A stretch of 64,000 nt of DNA, from assembly GCF_009914755.1 (NCBI RefSeq), contig NC_060940.1, one strand, 5' to 3'. Shown here piece after piece: positions 1 through 58,920 of this stretch (the stretch's first letter is position 1; each line of letters opens with the position of its first letter). The stretch is from the human T2T-CHM13v2.0 reference genome, Homo sapiens. A program made the translations under genes and the position numbers. Below the pieces are notes generated by a model. That model did not search any database. It was given only the letters and a program-made list of their open reading frames with translations, and was not told the DNA's origin.

Positions 1-199
1 CATGCAGAATAACTTCATTTCATATGACAACTCTTGTTTTTGATTTTTAGGTTTTTAAAAATTTCTAATGACAACCCTTGTTTTAGATTTGTTGTGCTGG
101 TTGTCAGATGACCATGATCAAGTGGGTGTTAATCATAAACAGTATGCTGCACATGGGCACATTCTTCACTAATGTGACTTACTTTTAAACATCTCCCTA

Positions 200-2446
<2,247 letters not shown>

Positions 2447-3480
2447 TTATCCATACCACCAGACTATACACTTTCACAGGAAGAACTCTGTGCTTTACCG
2501 TTAGATCCATAGTGGTTCTAAAGAATCGAATGAACAAATGAACATTCCTTGGAATTGCTTAGTTTTTATTATACTCCAGTCACTCTTCCTCTCCAGCATT
2601 CTCTTCATTCTCAAAGAGAATCATTTCTGCAGATGGCTGGTTCTATTCATTACATTGTGGCTCTTCCTAATTGTATCCTCAAAGGCAGCCTTCCTTTGGT
2701 TTTAGTGTTTGATACTACCTTGCTGTCACCCCTTACCTGCTGCCCACAATTACAGATGGTCACTAGTCTGTGAAACTAGCACTGCATTGTGCTCTCAGTT
2801 TTGTCTCTAAGATTCCTTCAGTGAAAGACAAGAAATGTAGAGAGTATATTATTCATGTTTTATATTGGATGAATTGACATTCAGAATGATCACAGCATAT
2901 TAGACATGGATGTTTGAAAATCATTTGTTTAAATCACATAAAAGGAAATACTATGTAAAGCCTGTGATAAGCCTCTGAAATTCCTTATCAAGACAGATAC
3001 ATGTGGAAAACAAGTTATATGTTTGTGTTTTTAAAAGAAAGTTGCAGAATATGGACAGCCCAATGGCCCTATATTTATAGTCATAATACAACGAGATTTG
3101 AGAGACAGGATCTTGCTATGTTGCCCAGGCTGGTCTCAAACTCTTAGCCTCCCAGAGTTCTGGGATTAGAGGCATGAGCCACCAAGCCCGGTCTCTATTA
3201 ACTTTTAATCCATAATGACCAGGATATTCACAAAATAGGAATAAGAAGGTTTTTATTGTATTCAAAGGCAGCGGATTCAGATGGGTAATTAAGAGAAACT
3301 AATTTGGTATGTGTTATAATATCCTGGTGTTAGTATAAATTCATCCAGGCCCTCCCATAGTTTTCGGAGCTGACTTTTGTATCTGCTTTCAAGCTACTGC
3401 AGTTGATGGGATGAATAGGGTTCCAGTCTCATAGCAGTTCTGTGCCACACATTGAACTCTGTCATTAACTGTGCCCTTGA

Positions 3481-31403
<27,923 letters not shown>

Positions 31404-32015
31404 CCATCTGACATTTTTTCCCACCCATTCAAAATCTCTTGGATCCCTAACAGGGTCACGGACTCCAGGTTCGGAGCAACGGGCAGGACCTCCGGTGTTG
31501 GCAGAATTCGGGCGCTCCTTGCTGAACAGTCCCCCTTCTGCCAGGCGCCTCGTCCACCTCCGCAGCCTGGGCTTTGGAGGGGACCAGCCCCGGTGGGCCG
31601 CGGGGATCCCCAGGCAGGCAGCGTCCCCTGGTGTTCGCGGCAGGGACTGCGGGGCGGGGTGGAAGCCGGGGGCAAGGACCCGCTGGAGGCCCGCCACACC
31701 CGCGACCCTCCCGGCCACGCCACTGCCCACCCCGACGTCTACCCTGGCGGAGAAGCTCCTGGGCGACGGGGCGGGCGGGCAGGTGGGACTCGGCCCCCCT
31801 CCCACAACCCCGCTCCCGGGCAAGCTCTCGAGCCGCGAGGCCGGGGCGGGGAGGGGCCGGGCCGGGGGCGGCCTGGCAGGAAGCGGCGCGCACCTTCCGC
31901 CGCCGGAGGAGCAGGTGGCTGCCGTGCGGGTCTGGGCCCCAGGCTTCCTGTGTGCGCGCTCGTCCTCTGCTGTTTCCCGCCGGAGCTCGTTGGGCCTCCC
32001 CGGCCCGCCCGGCCC

Positions 32016-44286
<12,271 letters not shown>

Positions 44287-44315
44287 TCCTCTCCTCTCCT
44301 GCCGCATGAGATTAT

Positions 44316-44324
44316 TTTATTAAA
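44316..44324. terminator. Overlapping poly(A) signals: ATTAAA (+, CARMIL2) and AATAAA (-, ACD)
   Basis: TTTATTAAA sits in the 87 bp between the two stop codons (44286 and 44374). Confidence 0.8.
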
Positions 44325-44373
44325 AAACTCAAAGGAAGCAGAGTGTGGAGCGGTATCTGTCCTGCGTGACGTC

Positions 44374-47806
<3,433 letters not shown>

Positions 47807-49415
47807 ATGGCCCGGCCGCAGAGGACTCCGGCGCGCAGTCCCGATAGCATCGTCGAGGTGAAGAGCAAAGTAAGGGCTCCTCCGGCCTCGGCCCTAGGCG
47901 CTCCCAATTCCCTCTTTCTCCCCTTCCCAGCTCCTTGGTCCCCGCCACCTCTTCCCTCTATCCTCCAAGTCCCATTCTGCTTTTCTGCTCGCCTTCCCCC
48001 ATCCGTCTTCCTTCCTCCACTGCTGGTCTCCAGCTCTCTGTGGCCTGAGTACCTGGAGGGCGGTAAGAAGACCTTGGACAGCGTCCCTGGTACTGGAGCT
48101 GAGGTCTGGGCTTAAGGCTGCCGCAAAAGCGGCAGCCGCATCTTTCCCATTCCTGCCAGCCTGCGGTGAGAAAGGGGCGCAGGCTGTCCTGACTCCTCCT
48201 CTCCCCCAACCCCGACTTCCAGTTTGACGCCGAGTTCCGACGCTTCGCGCTGCCTCGCGCTTCGGTGAGCGGCTTCCAGGAGTTCTCGCGGTTGCTGCGG
48301 GCGGTGCACCAGATCCCGGGCCTGGACGTGCTACTTGGCTATACGGATGCTCATGGCGACCTGCTGCCCCTCACCAACGACGACAGCCTGCACCGGGCCC
48401 TGGCCAGCGGGCCCCCGCCACTGCGCCTACTGGTGCAGAAGCGGGGTGAGGAGGGGTACAGTGGGCAGCCTCTGTGGGGTAAGGTGTCTGTGGGGCAGGT
48501 CTACAAGGGTTAGTCCATGCCCAGGGTACCCAAGCGTCACCCTCTGCAGTCCCTGCCCTTGGCTTGACCTCTAAGTGGTAGGAAATAGCTACAGTGCCCC
48601 CTGTAAACAGCCCAAGTCGGGGAGCAGGTCTCTGATCTCAACATCCCCCCTCTTCTGCAGCAGAAGCTGACTCCAGCGGCCTGGCTTTTGCCTCCAACTC
48701 TCTGCAGCGGCGCAAGAAAGGGCTCTTGCTGCGGCCAGTGGCACCCCTGCGCACCCGGCCACCCTTGCTAATCAGCCTGCCCCAAGATTTCCGCCAGGTT
48801 TCCTCAGTCATAGACGTGGACCTACTGCCTGAGACCCACCGACGGGTGCGGCTGCACAAGCATGGTTCAGACCGCCCCCTGGGCTTCTACATCCGAGATG
48901 GCATGAGCGTGCGTGTGGCTCCCCAGGGCCTGGAGCGGGTTCCAGGAATCTTCATCTCCCGCCTGGTACGTGGGGGTCTGGCTGAGAGTACAGGGCTGCT
49001 GGCGGTCAGTGATGAGATCCTCGAGGTCAATGGCATTGAAGTAGCCGGGAAGACCTTGGACCAAGTGACGGACATGATGGTTGCCAACAGCCATAACCTC
49101 ATTGTCACTGTCAAGCCCGCCAACCAGCGCAATAACGTGGTGCGAGGGGCATCTGGGCGTTTGACAGGTCCTCCCTCTGCAGGGCCTGGGCCTGCTGAGC
49201 CTGATAGTGACGATGACAGCAGTGACCTGGTCATTGAGAACCGCCAGCCTCCCAGTTCCAATGGGCTGTCTCAGGGGCCCCCGTGCTGGGACCTGCACCC
49301 TGGCTGCCGACATCCTGGTACCCGCAGCTCTCTGCCCTCCCTGGATGACCAGGAGCAGGCCAGTTCTGGCTGGGGGAGTCGCATTCGAGGAGATGGTAGT
49401 GGCTTCAGCCTCTGA
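47807..49415 (+). CDS. PARD6A: Partitioning defective 6 homolog alpha (PB1, semi-CRIB, PDZ)
   Basis: Exons 47807-47869, 48223-48445, 48661-49415; 1041 nt = 346 aa. [29 protein letters not shown]; semi-[21 protein letters not shown]; [13 protein letters not shown]...[20 protein letters not shown] at 49520-49525. Confidence 0.98.
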
Positions 49416-49928
49416 CAGTCAGGATGAAGCCCCATGCCACTCCACACTGCTGGGACATGGCAGGGACTTCACAGTGGGGGTTTTTAGCTGGCTCACAGGG
49501 CTCCCTCAGCCTGGGGAACATTAAAGGTTTTCTACAAATACAGTCATGGTCCTTGTGTGTCCCAGTTCCAGCCTCCTCCCTGGTCTCACCAGCTTGCCTT
49601 CTGCTCTGGACTAAGGCAGGAGTGACATTGGGGAGAACTTCCTGCAATCAAGCAGCAGGAGGGCCACCAGGCTTGGCATTTTTAGGGTAAGAAAAGCTCT
49701 TATGGAAACAAATCCTGTGTACAAAATGTTTAATTTTGACAAAGCAGTTAAAAGGCTAGGGTGGCCCTTCTGCAGCCACTGGTGACTGGGAAGAGTGCTC
49801 TAGGGACACTGGCCACCCCCCTGCTCCTGTCTTCAGACCTCTGCTCTGGGATTGGGTCCAACCCTGTCCTTTGCAGCCATGTGGCGATCCTCAGCATGGA
49901 GCTCCTTGCCACTGTCCCCCAAAGGGGC

Positions 49929-52900
49929 TCAGTCGTCCATCTTCACGAAGACTTTGGGCCGAGAAAAGATCTTGATGGCCTCCTCTACCTGCACCAGCTT
50001 CCGGTCCAGCTCAGCACGGTGGCTCTGGGCTCTCAGTGAGTCTGCCCCAGCAGGCAGCAGTACCAGCTCACGCAGCAGCTGGCTCTGGCCTACAGGGGGC
50101 CCGGGAACAGTGAGAACAGTGAGTGTTGGGCAGGGGTGCCCGGTCCCCAGTGGGGCCCCCCTCCAGCCTCCCTGCCCAGGTACTCACTCTGGAGCAGCTT
50201 GGTCAGTGTTTCCAGCCGCTGGTTCTCAGGCATGCGCGTGTGGCCTGGGGGCATGGCAGGGTCCGGCTGGCTCTGCTTGCGGGCCTCGGCCTCCCGCCGC
50301 CACAGGTCCCTGCGCTCCAACAAGCTGTGGGTACACAGGCTCAGAGTTGATGACCCGAGGGCAGAGGTTGGTTCCCACCCTCCACAGGTGTCCTTCACCC
50401 TGAGTGTCGGGCAGTGAGACCTACTAATGTGGCACATGGCCCTTCTGCGTGGCATTGTAGTGCTCCTGGGCCTGCCGCTGCTGCTCTAGCACTTGTGCCA
50501 GGACCTGCAGTGAGCAGGAATGCCTCCGGGGGGCTCTCTTGGCAGCTCGTGCATTGTGACGAATGAAGTCCACCCCCAGGCCTGGCTCCTGCAGGACACA
50601 GCAAGCGTGGGTGGGGGCAGACAGCATTATGTTGTGTCCCTGAACACCCCCCCCACACCAGGAGCCCTGCCCAACCACCATCTAGCCCCCATACATCCTC
50701 TCACCTTAGCTTCGGGACCTGGTGGGGTTGGCTGGGGACTAGATACATGGGGTGGTGGGAGGCCAGGGCCGCAGCGGGAGTGCGCCCGCAGGAAGTGGGC
50801 AGACTCTGTCCCAGAGGCAGGGCCAGGCTCCTGGAGGGCAGGGCACAGCAGAGAGAGCAGGCAGGCTGAGGTCTGGGGCTCAAGCTGCAAGACCCTGGCC
50901 ATCTTGGCCCTTCTGACCTTTGCATCCATGTCCCTCGGGCCCTCTTCCCTCTTCAAGGGACACTTGTCCTCATCAGCACACAAATGTGTGAGTATGTCAG
51001 ATTTTTAAGAAAACAACAAACCATCTCTCCTTCCACCTCAGTACTGGCCCAGCTACCACTCTCTTTCCTCCTTCCTAGCCAAGCTTCCTGGCTCTAGCCC
51101 TGCAAGGCTCCTAACAGCTGGCCTCCAAGTCCTCAAATCCAGGCGGTCAATTCCTTGGTCTCGTTGTCCTCAACCTGATCGTCAATAACTCCTAGGTCTC
51201 ACTCCTGAGATCCAGGCCTGAATTTCCATCTGCTTCCTGGACACACTCCCACCCCCTGGGAACCCCACAGATGCTTCAGCTACAACACATTTGTGTGACC
51301 TTGCCTTTCCTCTCACTCCTGCTCCTCCTACTGAGTCCCTGAGACAGAGCCCCCCACCATACCCCTGCCCTTCCCACTGTCCTCAGAAATAAGGGCTGAA
51401 AAGTGGCTTTTGTGGCCCCTGACGTGGGTCCAGCTGACTTCTTGGCCTAACTTCACGCCCTTCTTTCCTCACAGTGAACTGTACCTAGCATCTCCACTGC
51501 TGCGTGCCCTGTGGTCTGTGAGGTTCCATCTTTTGGGAATGTTCTCTTCTGCTGTCCCTTTGACTAATTGCTACTTGCCCTCAGGATCAGCCCCACCATC
51601 ACTACTTCTGAGAAGCCCCCCAGCCTCGCCCTGCAGCAGAGCCAGGGTCTCTTAGTCCTCTGTTACCTCTGTGACTTCCCTCCCACCCCAGAACTCAGAT
51701 CAGGGTACAGTTGCCTGTTGGCCAACAAAATGGATAATACTTCTGGCTCCCTGAAGCAGGTACCTGGAGCTGGGCCTTGACCCGGGACTCCACCTTGTCG
51801 TACTTGGGTGAGCGCCACAGAGCTTTCAGGGGCCTGGGCTGGCCCTGCTCCCGGCTGCGCTCCTGTTCTCTGAAGCGCTTCTGAATCTCCCTGATCCGCC
51901 TCAGGTTCTCCTTCTCATGGTCCTTAGGGTCCTTCCCTGGAGAAAAGATGCCCCCAGGTTCTGCCCTACATGGGGCCCACACAGTCCAACTTCCACTAGT
52001 TCACACACAGGCCTGCCCCCTGCCTCCTACAGAAAGAGCTCCCTGACCTCTCCAACTACCTTAGACCCTACACACACTCTCCCTCATCACCGTGTTCCCT
52101 TCCTCATGTAGTAAGTATCACAGGATGATTTTCTCCATTATTATTATTATTATTATTATTTGAGACAGGGTCTCACTCTGTCACCCAGGCTGGAGTACAG
52201 TGGCATGATCATAGCTCACTGTAGCCTCAACCTCCCCGGCTACCTCAGCCTGCCGAGTAGCTGGGATTACAGACACACTCCACCATGCCAGCCTGATTTT
52301 TGTATTTTTTGTAGAGATGGGGTTTCACCATGTTGGCCAGGCTGGTCTTCAACTCCTGGACTCAAGTGATCTGCCCGCCTGGGCCTCCCAAAGTGCTGGG
52401 ATTCCAGGAGTGAGCCACTGCGCCCAGGTGATTTCCTCCATTATTATAGTGAAGTACACCATTGAAGTACACCATAGATCATCTCATATATGACATTCAT
52501 CTCTTGATCTTTGTATCCCACCTTGACTCAGTGATGGCTCATGCTTATCTTCAGCCCTGTGTTCTAGCATCTATATGGCCTGGCACACAGTAGGCACTCA
52601 ACAAACAAATTTAATGGGTAACAAATGCATAAAGCAGAGCTAGGGCTTCGTGGGAACTACCTCATTCAGTTCACCTCCTTCGAGAAGGTAGCATATTTCT
52701 CCCCCTTTTATAGTTGGGGAAACTGAGACTCAAGAGATGCAAAGCCTGGGCCCACGTCAGGGTGGAAAGAGCAGCTGCTTTTGATCTCTTTCCACCCCGC
52801 ACTGCCTCTCTGTCCCTTCTTCCATTCCTGGGACTTACTCTTGAGAGAGGCCCCAGGACCTAGGGAGATCCCCTCGAGTTGCAACAGCACGTCCCCGACG

Positions 52901-53210
52901 CCGCGCTGGCCGCGCTCCAGGATCTCTCCGGCACCGGGACCGATGCAGGGGCCACGGGGAGCGGTGGTGTCCAGGGCCCGGTCGGAAGTCAGCAAGTCCA
53001 GCTTCAGCGCGTTTCCCTCGAGGCGCCCTTGAGCTGTGGGGCGGAGCCGGGCGGAGTCCGGGGCTCAGAGGTGGAGCCAGGGCCGACCCCTGAGCCTCGC
53101 ACCACCGCCAAGCCCCCGGACTCACCCGAGGTCGGCCGCCTGTAGTTGTCAGGACAGAGCGTCGGGTCTGGGGGGATGGGCCCCGAGATGCGGGACGGGC
53201 CCTCGCACAT
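49929..53210 (-). CDS. ENKD1: Enkurin domain-containing protein 1 (C16orf48)
   Basis: Exons on the minus strand: 53210-53126, 53033-52839, 51936-51764, 50830-50705, 50588-50425, 50324-50188, 50089-49929; 1041 nt = 346 aa. [21 protein letters not shown]; enkurin-like KGHVPHYLLERR...[16 protein letters not shown]...[19 protein letters not shown] (-) at 49729-49734. Confidence 0.96.
52140..52428 (-). mobile_element. Alu with (ATT)n tail in ENKD1 intron 2
   Basis: Alu motifs; GATTTYCTCCATTATTAT repeated on both flanks. Confidence 0.9.
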
Positions 53211-53738
53211 GCCGCCGGCGCCGCCCAGCAACGGTGCCCCGAGGCCTGCAGGGCTGTTTACCTCCCTCCCCGGGCCCCCTTCCCCAACCCCGGGCCCCCT
53301 CCCTCGCCCGGCACCCTGACCCTGGCGTGCCCGCCACTCCCGGGCCCCTGCCGGTCCCCGCCTGGGCCCCGGCCTCGCTCGCCACCTCCGCGACCTCTGC
53401 TCCCAGCCCACTTCTCGGTCCCGCTCGCGGCCTCTCCCCCGCGGCACTCGGGCAGGGGCTCACTCGAGAGGTTTTGCCGCCAGCCGCTGCCACCCGACGG
53501 GACTTGTTGTTGCCGGGCAACCGTGGCTTCCGTCCCCGGGGTCAGGGCCCACTGACCCCGGCGCAAAGCGTCCTGGGGCTTGTAGTTTCGGCCGAGGGTG
53601 GGCTCCGCGGTCGCCGGTTTCTCTTCCCAGCTCTGCCCTCGCTTGCTGGCCGGTCTCCGGGGTCAGCGCGGGGCCACCATCCAGCCCCTTGGGGCCCGCC
53701 CCAAGCAGCTGTCGAGGACGCACTCAGCCTGCGCAGCC
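53211..53738. promoter_or_regulatory. Bidirectional CpG-island promoter of ENKD1 (-) and C16orf86 (+)
   Basis: ATGs about 530 bp apart, head-to-head; X-box GTTGCCGGGCAAC 53509-53521; ZNF143/SBS-like ACTACAAGCCCCAGGACGC (-) 53568-53586. Confidence 0.85.
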
Positions 53739-55368
53739 ATGGCCTCGGCAGGGGCGGAGAGGCGGCCGGGGGTCCAGGAGGCGACGGTCGTGGGGCAGGG
53801 ACAGCTCACGGAGGAGCCCGGCAGCGCTCAGACCTCCGAGGTGACCGTCAGGCTGTTTAACCTTCAAACACAGGGCCGCAGCGCTCTGAGAGGTGGAACT
53901 GAGCGCCCCGACCCGCTAACTGCCAGGCTGGGCCCTCCAGGCGGGGAGGGGCACAGGCTGGTGTCCTTATTCCCGTTTCGGTGTCTAACGTTAGGTGTTC
54001 AGTGACGGATCCCTATGTCCTTTGCCCGGCCATGGTGACCGATGGCCTGTGTGTCATCTCTAGTGTCCAGTGGCGGGAGACCAGTTCCTGGTGCCTGCCC
54101 ATGAGGCCCGCGGAACCCAGAGTGAAGACCAGCGCCCAGCAGGCGCAGCTTCGGAGTCGGAGCTCCAGGAGGAAGGACCCAAGCTGGGGGAGGAGCGGCC
54201 CAAGCCGCATGCCGGGGCGCTAGAGGAGAGAGGCCCCAGGCCCGTGGTCTCCATTGTGAGGCCCCGTCATGGTCCAAAGAGAAAGCCTGTCAAGTGAGGG
54301 GGCTCTCGGGGGGAAGGAGCTGCAGCCCCGGGGTTGGGGCACACACCACAGTAGGATTCCTAAATCCTGCACTCCTGCAGGGAGGATTCTCGTCCCCAGC
54401 CACTACCATCACTCTCCTCCCGTTCCTCAAGAGCCCCCGTGTAGGGAGCAGCAGGAGAGTGGGAGCTTCAGGGCTTGTAGGGGCCTGGGCTCACTGGCCT
54501 CTAAGCCTCTTGGGCCTGGGGTCTCATTGACCAGGAACGGGACAGGCGTCGAGCCCTGGGGCTGTGGGCAGGCTGGGCTATTCCCTGGGCCAGGGAATGG
54601 GAGCCAGGGCTGGAGCCTGGCTCAAGTCTCTTGTCCCTGGCTCAGGTCTCTCAGCCTCCCGGGCCTTCGTGCCCATCTTAAGGCTGAAGCTGAGCTGCCA
54701 CCCAAGCTGCCGCTGCAGGAGGAGGAGCCAGAGGACAGCCAGAGTGAGCCCTCACCATCTGCCAAACAGCACAAAAAAGCCAAGAAGCGCAAGAGCCTGG
54801 GGGCTCCCGTGCTCCACGCTGTGGCCAGCATGGTGTCTGCACCCTTAGAGACATTGAGGCTGGAGCGTGAGTGGCAGTCCCTGGACTGTTCCTTCTCCCC
54901 CTGCCTGTGGGGCCCGACATGGCACAACCTGGCGCTCTAGCCTCTGCCCTGCCCTGGGTCTTTGCAGGAAAGGCCCAGCGCCTGCGGCCGCTGTACCAGT
55001 ACGTCAACTATTGCAACCCTGAGCTGAACCAGGCAGGGAAGGGGGACGGGGAGGCTGAGGTGGAGGCAGAGGCAGAGCTGGCCCCGGTTCCCGAGGAGGG
55101 AGGTGTGGAGCAACTGCAGGCCTTGCTGCCCTTGGCAGGTGAGCTGGGCCCAGGCCTCGCTTTGCCCTGTCCCAGTCCACTAGTGACCCCCACCCATGCC
55201 CTGGCTCCCCTCGGAGAGGAGGCTGGAGAGGAGCCTGGGGGCTTGCCCAGCTTGGGGGTGAGTGACCACAAGGCCGAGGTGGATAAGTCAACCCAGGTGG
55301 ACATCGACAAGATGCTGAGTGTCTGCACTGCTCCACTTGTCCCCCCGCTCTCTCCTCAGTACAAGTGA
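53739..55368 (+). CDS. C16orf86: Uncharacterised protein C16orf86 (Glu/Pro-rich, basic KQHKKAKKRK segment)
   Basis: Exons 53739-53840, 54064-54293, 54646-54866, 54968-55368; 954 nt = 317 aa. MASAGAERRPGVQE...RLRPLYQYVNYCNPELN...DIDKMLSVCTAPLVPPLSPQYK. AATAAA at 55501-55506. Confidence 0.93.
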
Positions 55369-57964
55369 CTGTCCCGCCCCACTGGTGGCTCCCCTCCTTC
55401 CACGCCTGAATTTGGCTTCAGGCTTCCTGTGGGCCTAGGCCCTCTGGTGGCGGGGGCAAATTTGGCACCTGCCCCCACTTGGGACTTTGGTCTTGCTGAA
55501 AATAAATATTTTTCTTTTTCAAAGACTTTGTGATTCCCCAGATAGGTTGCCTGAAATGGGTAAGAGGATGGAGGACTCAACAGTGCAGGGTTTGAGGCCT
55601 GAATGGTCATCTGCATCACCTGAGACTTTGACAATGACAGATTCCTTTGTGCCACCCCATGCCTCACTGAATCAGGGTGGACCTGGTGCTGTGTGTTTAG
55701 GTGAATCTGAGGGTCAGGCAGCTAACTGGGTGATGAAGAGGGAAGTGAGAAGGAGGAACTTGGGGCAGAGAAAAGAAAGGGTCTGTTGGGTCATGGGAAG
55801 CAGGTGTTTGGCCCTGCTCTTCTGTCTCCTGGGGAAGGGCCTGCATTTGGTCTCACCTTGAGGGGATCAAAACTTGGGATCCTCCTAGGAGGTAGCACAG
55901 AGTTCTTTTGCCTGTCACAACAGTGACAGCTTTGGGATGTTTCCTACTCATTGCCAGACCATAGCTGGACCGGACCTTGTCTGTGGAGTAGCCTCTGGTC
56001 ACAGGTGACAGGGCATCAGTGATGTTTTCCTGGCAGGCAGGGGTGGACAGGGGCAGTAAGTGCATCTGGGACCCTGAGGCCAAGCCACTGGATGACAGCT
56101 GTGTCCAACCGGCAAGGATCTCTGGGAAGAGCCAGCCAGTGTTGGCCATTTTGGAAACTGCACATCCTGGGCCTCCTGTGTGTTCCTTGGACACCACAAA
56201 CAGACACAGGGAATTTTAAGTTCATGGAAATTTCCCCTTCCTCCAACTGGCTTTTCCTCCTGTATCTCATCTGCACAATTGTTTAAGCTAGAATCTTGGG
56301 TGTCACCCCAGACCCCATCCTGTTCTTTGCTCCCTGATTCCTACAAGCTAAGCAGACATTGAGGCCAGTGATCCTACCCTTTCAGGCTGAGAACCTCTCG
56401 GACCCCACAGTCAGCACCGTCGCCTGGACCACTGTCATCTCCAGGTGACAGCCTCACTGGTCACCCTGCCTGTCATCCCTTGGCCCACGGATCCATCCAG
56501 TGGCCCTGTGACACACACACCTGAGCCCCTGATGGTGTCACTCCCCCTTGGGATTCCCCTCCTCTTGCCCCAGCTACCTTAGAATTCAGTGGCTTCCGGT
56601 AATTCCCTGAGCAGTTACACCTTTTCCTCCCTTCACTCTGTGCATGTGGGGCTTTCTCTGCCTAAAATGCCTTTATTCCCACCTCTCCCCCTGGCTAGTG
56701 CACGCACACCTTTGAAAACTTGGGATTCTGCTTCCTGGGGAGCCAGACAGCACCCCATGTTGCCCTGCATTGCAGCCCCTGCGCATTGCTATCATGTGGG
56801 TTATAACTGTCATCGGGATTAGACCGTGAGCTCCCTAAGGGCACATCTCATTGCATCACATCGACCTAGCCAGAGGGCCCCTTAAAAGGCACCAAGGTGA
56901 TGAGACTGAAGTGAGGGGTGGAGGAAGCTGCAGAGAGGGACAGGCCAGAATCTGAAATGCTGAGGCCATCCCGAGGCCACAGTCTAATATGTAGGTTCCC
57001 TGGAATATGGCCTGGCAAGGTCACTGGAGGGAGTAGGGTGGGCAGGTTCAGGTGGGAAAAGCAGGGTCCCCTTTCTGGCATCATCCCAGCCTGCTCCCTC
57101 CTTTGACAGGGTCACTTGGGTGCTCACTGGCCCCATGACAAGCCATGGGGGTCAGGACTTTTTTTTTTCTTTGAGACAGCATCTCGCTCTGTTGCCCAGG
57201 CTGGAGTGCAGTGGCACAATCTTGGCTCACTGCAACCTCTGCCTCCCGGACTCAAGGATTACAAATGTGAGCCACCGTGCCCGGCCAAAAATTTTTTTTG
57301 TGGAGATAGGGTCTGTGTTGCTCAGCTTGGTCTCAAACTCCTGACCTCAAGCAATCCTCCCTCCTTGACCCCCCAAAGTGCTAGGATTACAGGCATGAGC
57401 CAAAACACCCAGCCAAGATAATTGAGCTTAACCTCCTTGCTTTATGTTTGGGATGGCAGAGGCCTGGAGAGAAGTGGCCTTGCATGAGACCACACCCTGG
57501 GATCTAGGAATCCCTGTCTTGAGTTGTGCAGGATCTGCCGACCTGGGGGCTCTCTGGCTAAGGCCGGACCCAAGAAGGCCTCTGTATCTTTGTGCGGTCT
57601 CCAGGGCTGGAAGCGTGAACGAGGCCAGCACTGATAAGGAACTGCTGGTCCTGTCTTCTCACAGGTGAGGCAGGAATTAGAAATCGTGGGAGAACTAGTC
57701 TGCAATTCCTGAGGCCTATTACCCAATGGACTTGTCTAAGCAGGGTGGGTAGTAGGAGCTGCAGAAAGGACCAAGTCCCTACTGCTCCTAGAAGCTCGCT
57801 GTAAAGAGGAAATGCTACATTATTTAGGGAGACGTGTAGCTGGGCGTGGTGGTCTGTGTCTGTAGTCCCAGATATTTGGGAGGCTGAAGCAGGAGGATCG
57901 CTTGAGCCCGGGAGTTCAAGACCAGCCTGGGCAACATTTTTCCCTGTCTCAAGAAGTAAAAATG

Positions 57965-58310
57965 ATGCAGCCATAAAAAAAAGAATGAAATCGCGTCCTT
58001 TGCAGCAACATGGAAACGGCTGAGACCATTATCCTAAGAAATTAACACAGGAACAGGAAAGCAAATAGCACACGTTCTCACAAGTGGGAGCTACACATTG
58101 GGTACACATGGACACAAACATGGGAAACACAAACATGAGACTATGAGAGGGGGCAGAGAGGGGGTGGGGTGATTGTTGAAAAAACCTATTTACTATGTTC
58201 ACTACCTGGGTGATGAGACCAATCGTCCCCCAAACCTCAGCGTCACACAGTATACCCATGTAACAAACTTGCACATGTACCCCCCGAATGTAAAATAAAA
58301 GTTGAAATTA
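57965..58310 (+). mobile_element. 5'-truncated L1 3'-end fragment, flanked by Alus (57160-57415, 57838-57960, 58328-58940)
   Basis: GCAGCCATAAAAA...TCCTTTGCAGCAACATGG...TATACCCATGTAACAAACTTGCACATGTACCCC...AATAAAAGTT, typical L1 ORF2 end and 3'UTR. Confidence 0.88.
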
Positions 58311-58488
58311 TATATTCAAAACAAGTGGCCAGGTGCAGTGGTTCATGCCTGTAATCCTAGCACCTTGGGAGGCTGAGGGGGGCACGGATCACTTAGGCCA
58401 GAAGTTCAAGACCAGCCTGGACTATGTGGTGAAACCCCGCCTCTACTAAAAATACAAAAATTAGGCTGGGGGCGGTGGCTCATGCCTA

Positions 58489-58749
<261 letters not shown>

Positions 58750-58920
58750 TCAAAAAGAAACAAACAAACAAAATTAGCCAGGTGTGGTGGTGGGCGCCTG
58801 CAGTCCCAGCTACTTGGGAGGCTGAGGCAAGAGAATTGCTTGAACCGGGGAGGTGGAGGTGGCTGTGAACCAAGGTGACGACACTGCACTCCGGCCTGGG
58901 TGACAGAGTGAGACTCTGTC

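Noticed and set aside
50831-50983. Open frame extending ENKD1 exon 4 upstream into intron 3
   Set aside because: Non-ATG start, no convincing acceptor, and the canonical exons already give a complete 346-aa protein.
53036-53860. 274-aa Pro/Arg/Gly-rich ORF across the ENKD1/C16orf86 promoter
   Set aside because: GC-rich artefact with no domain-like content.
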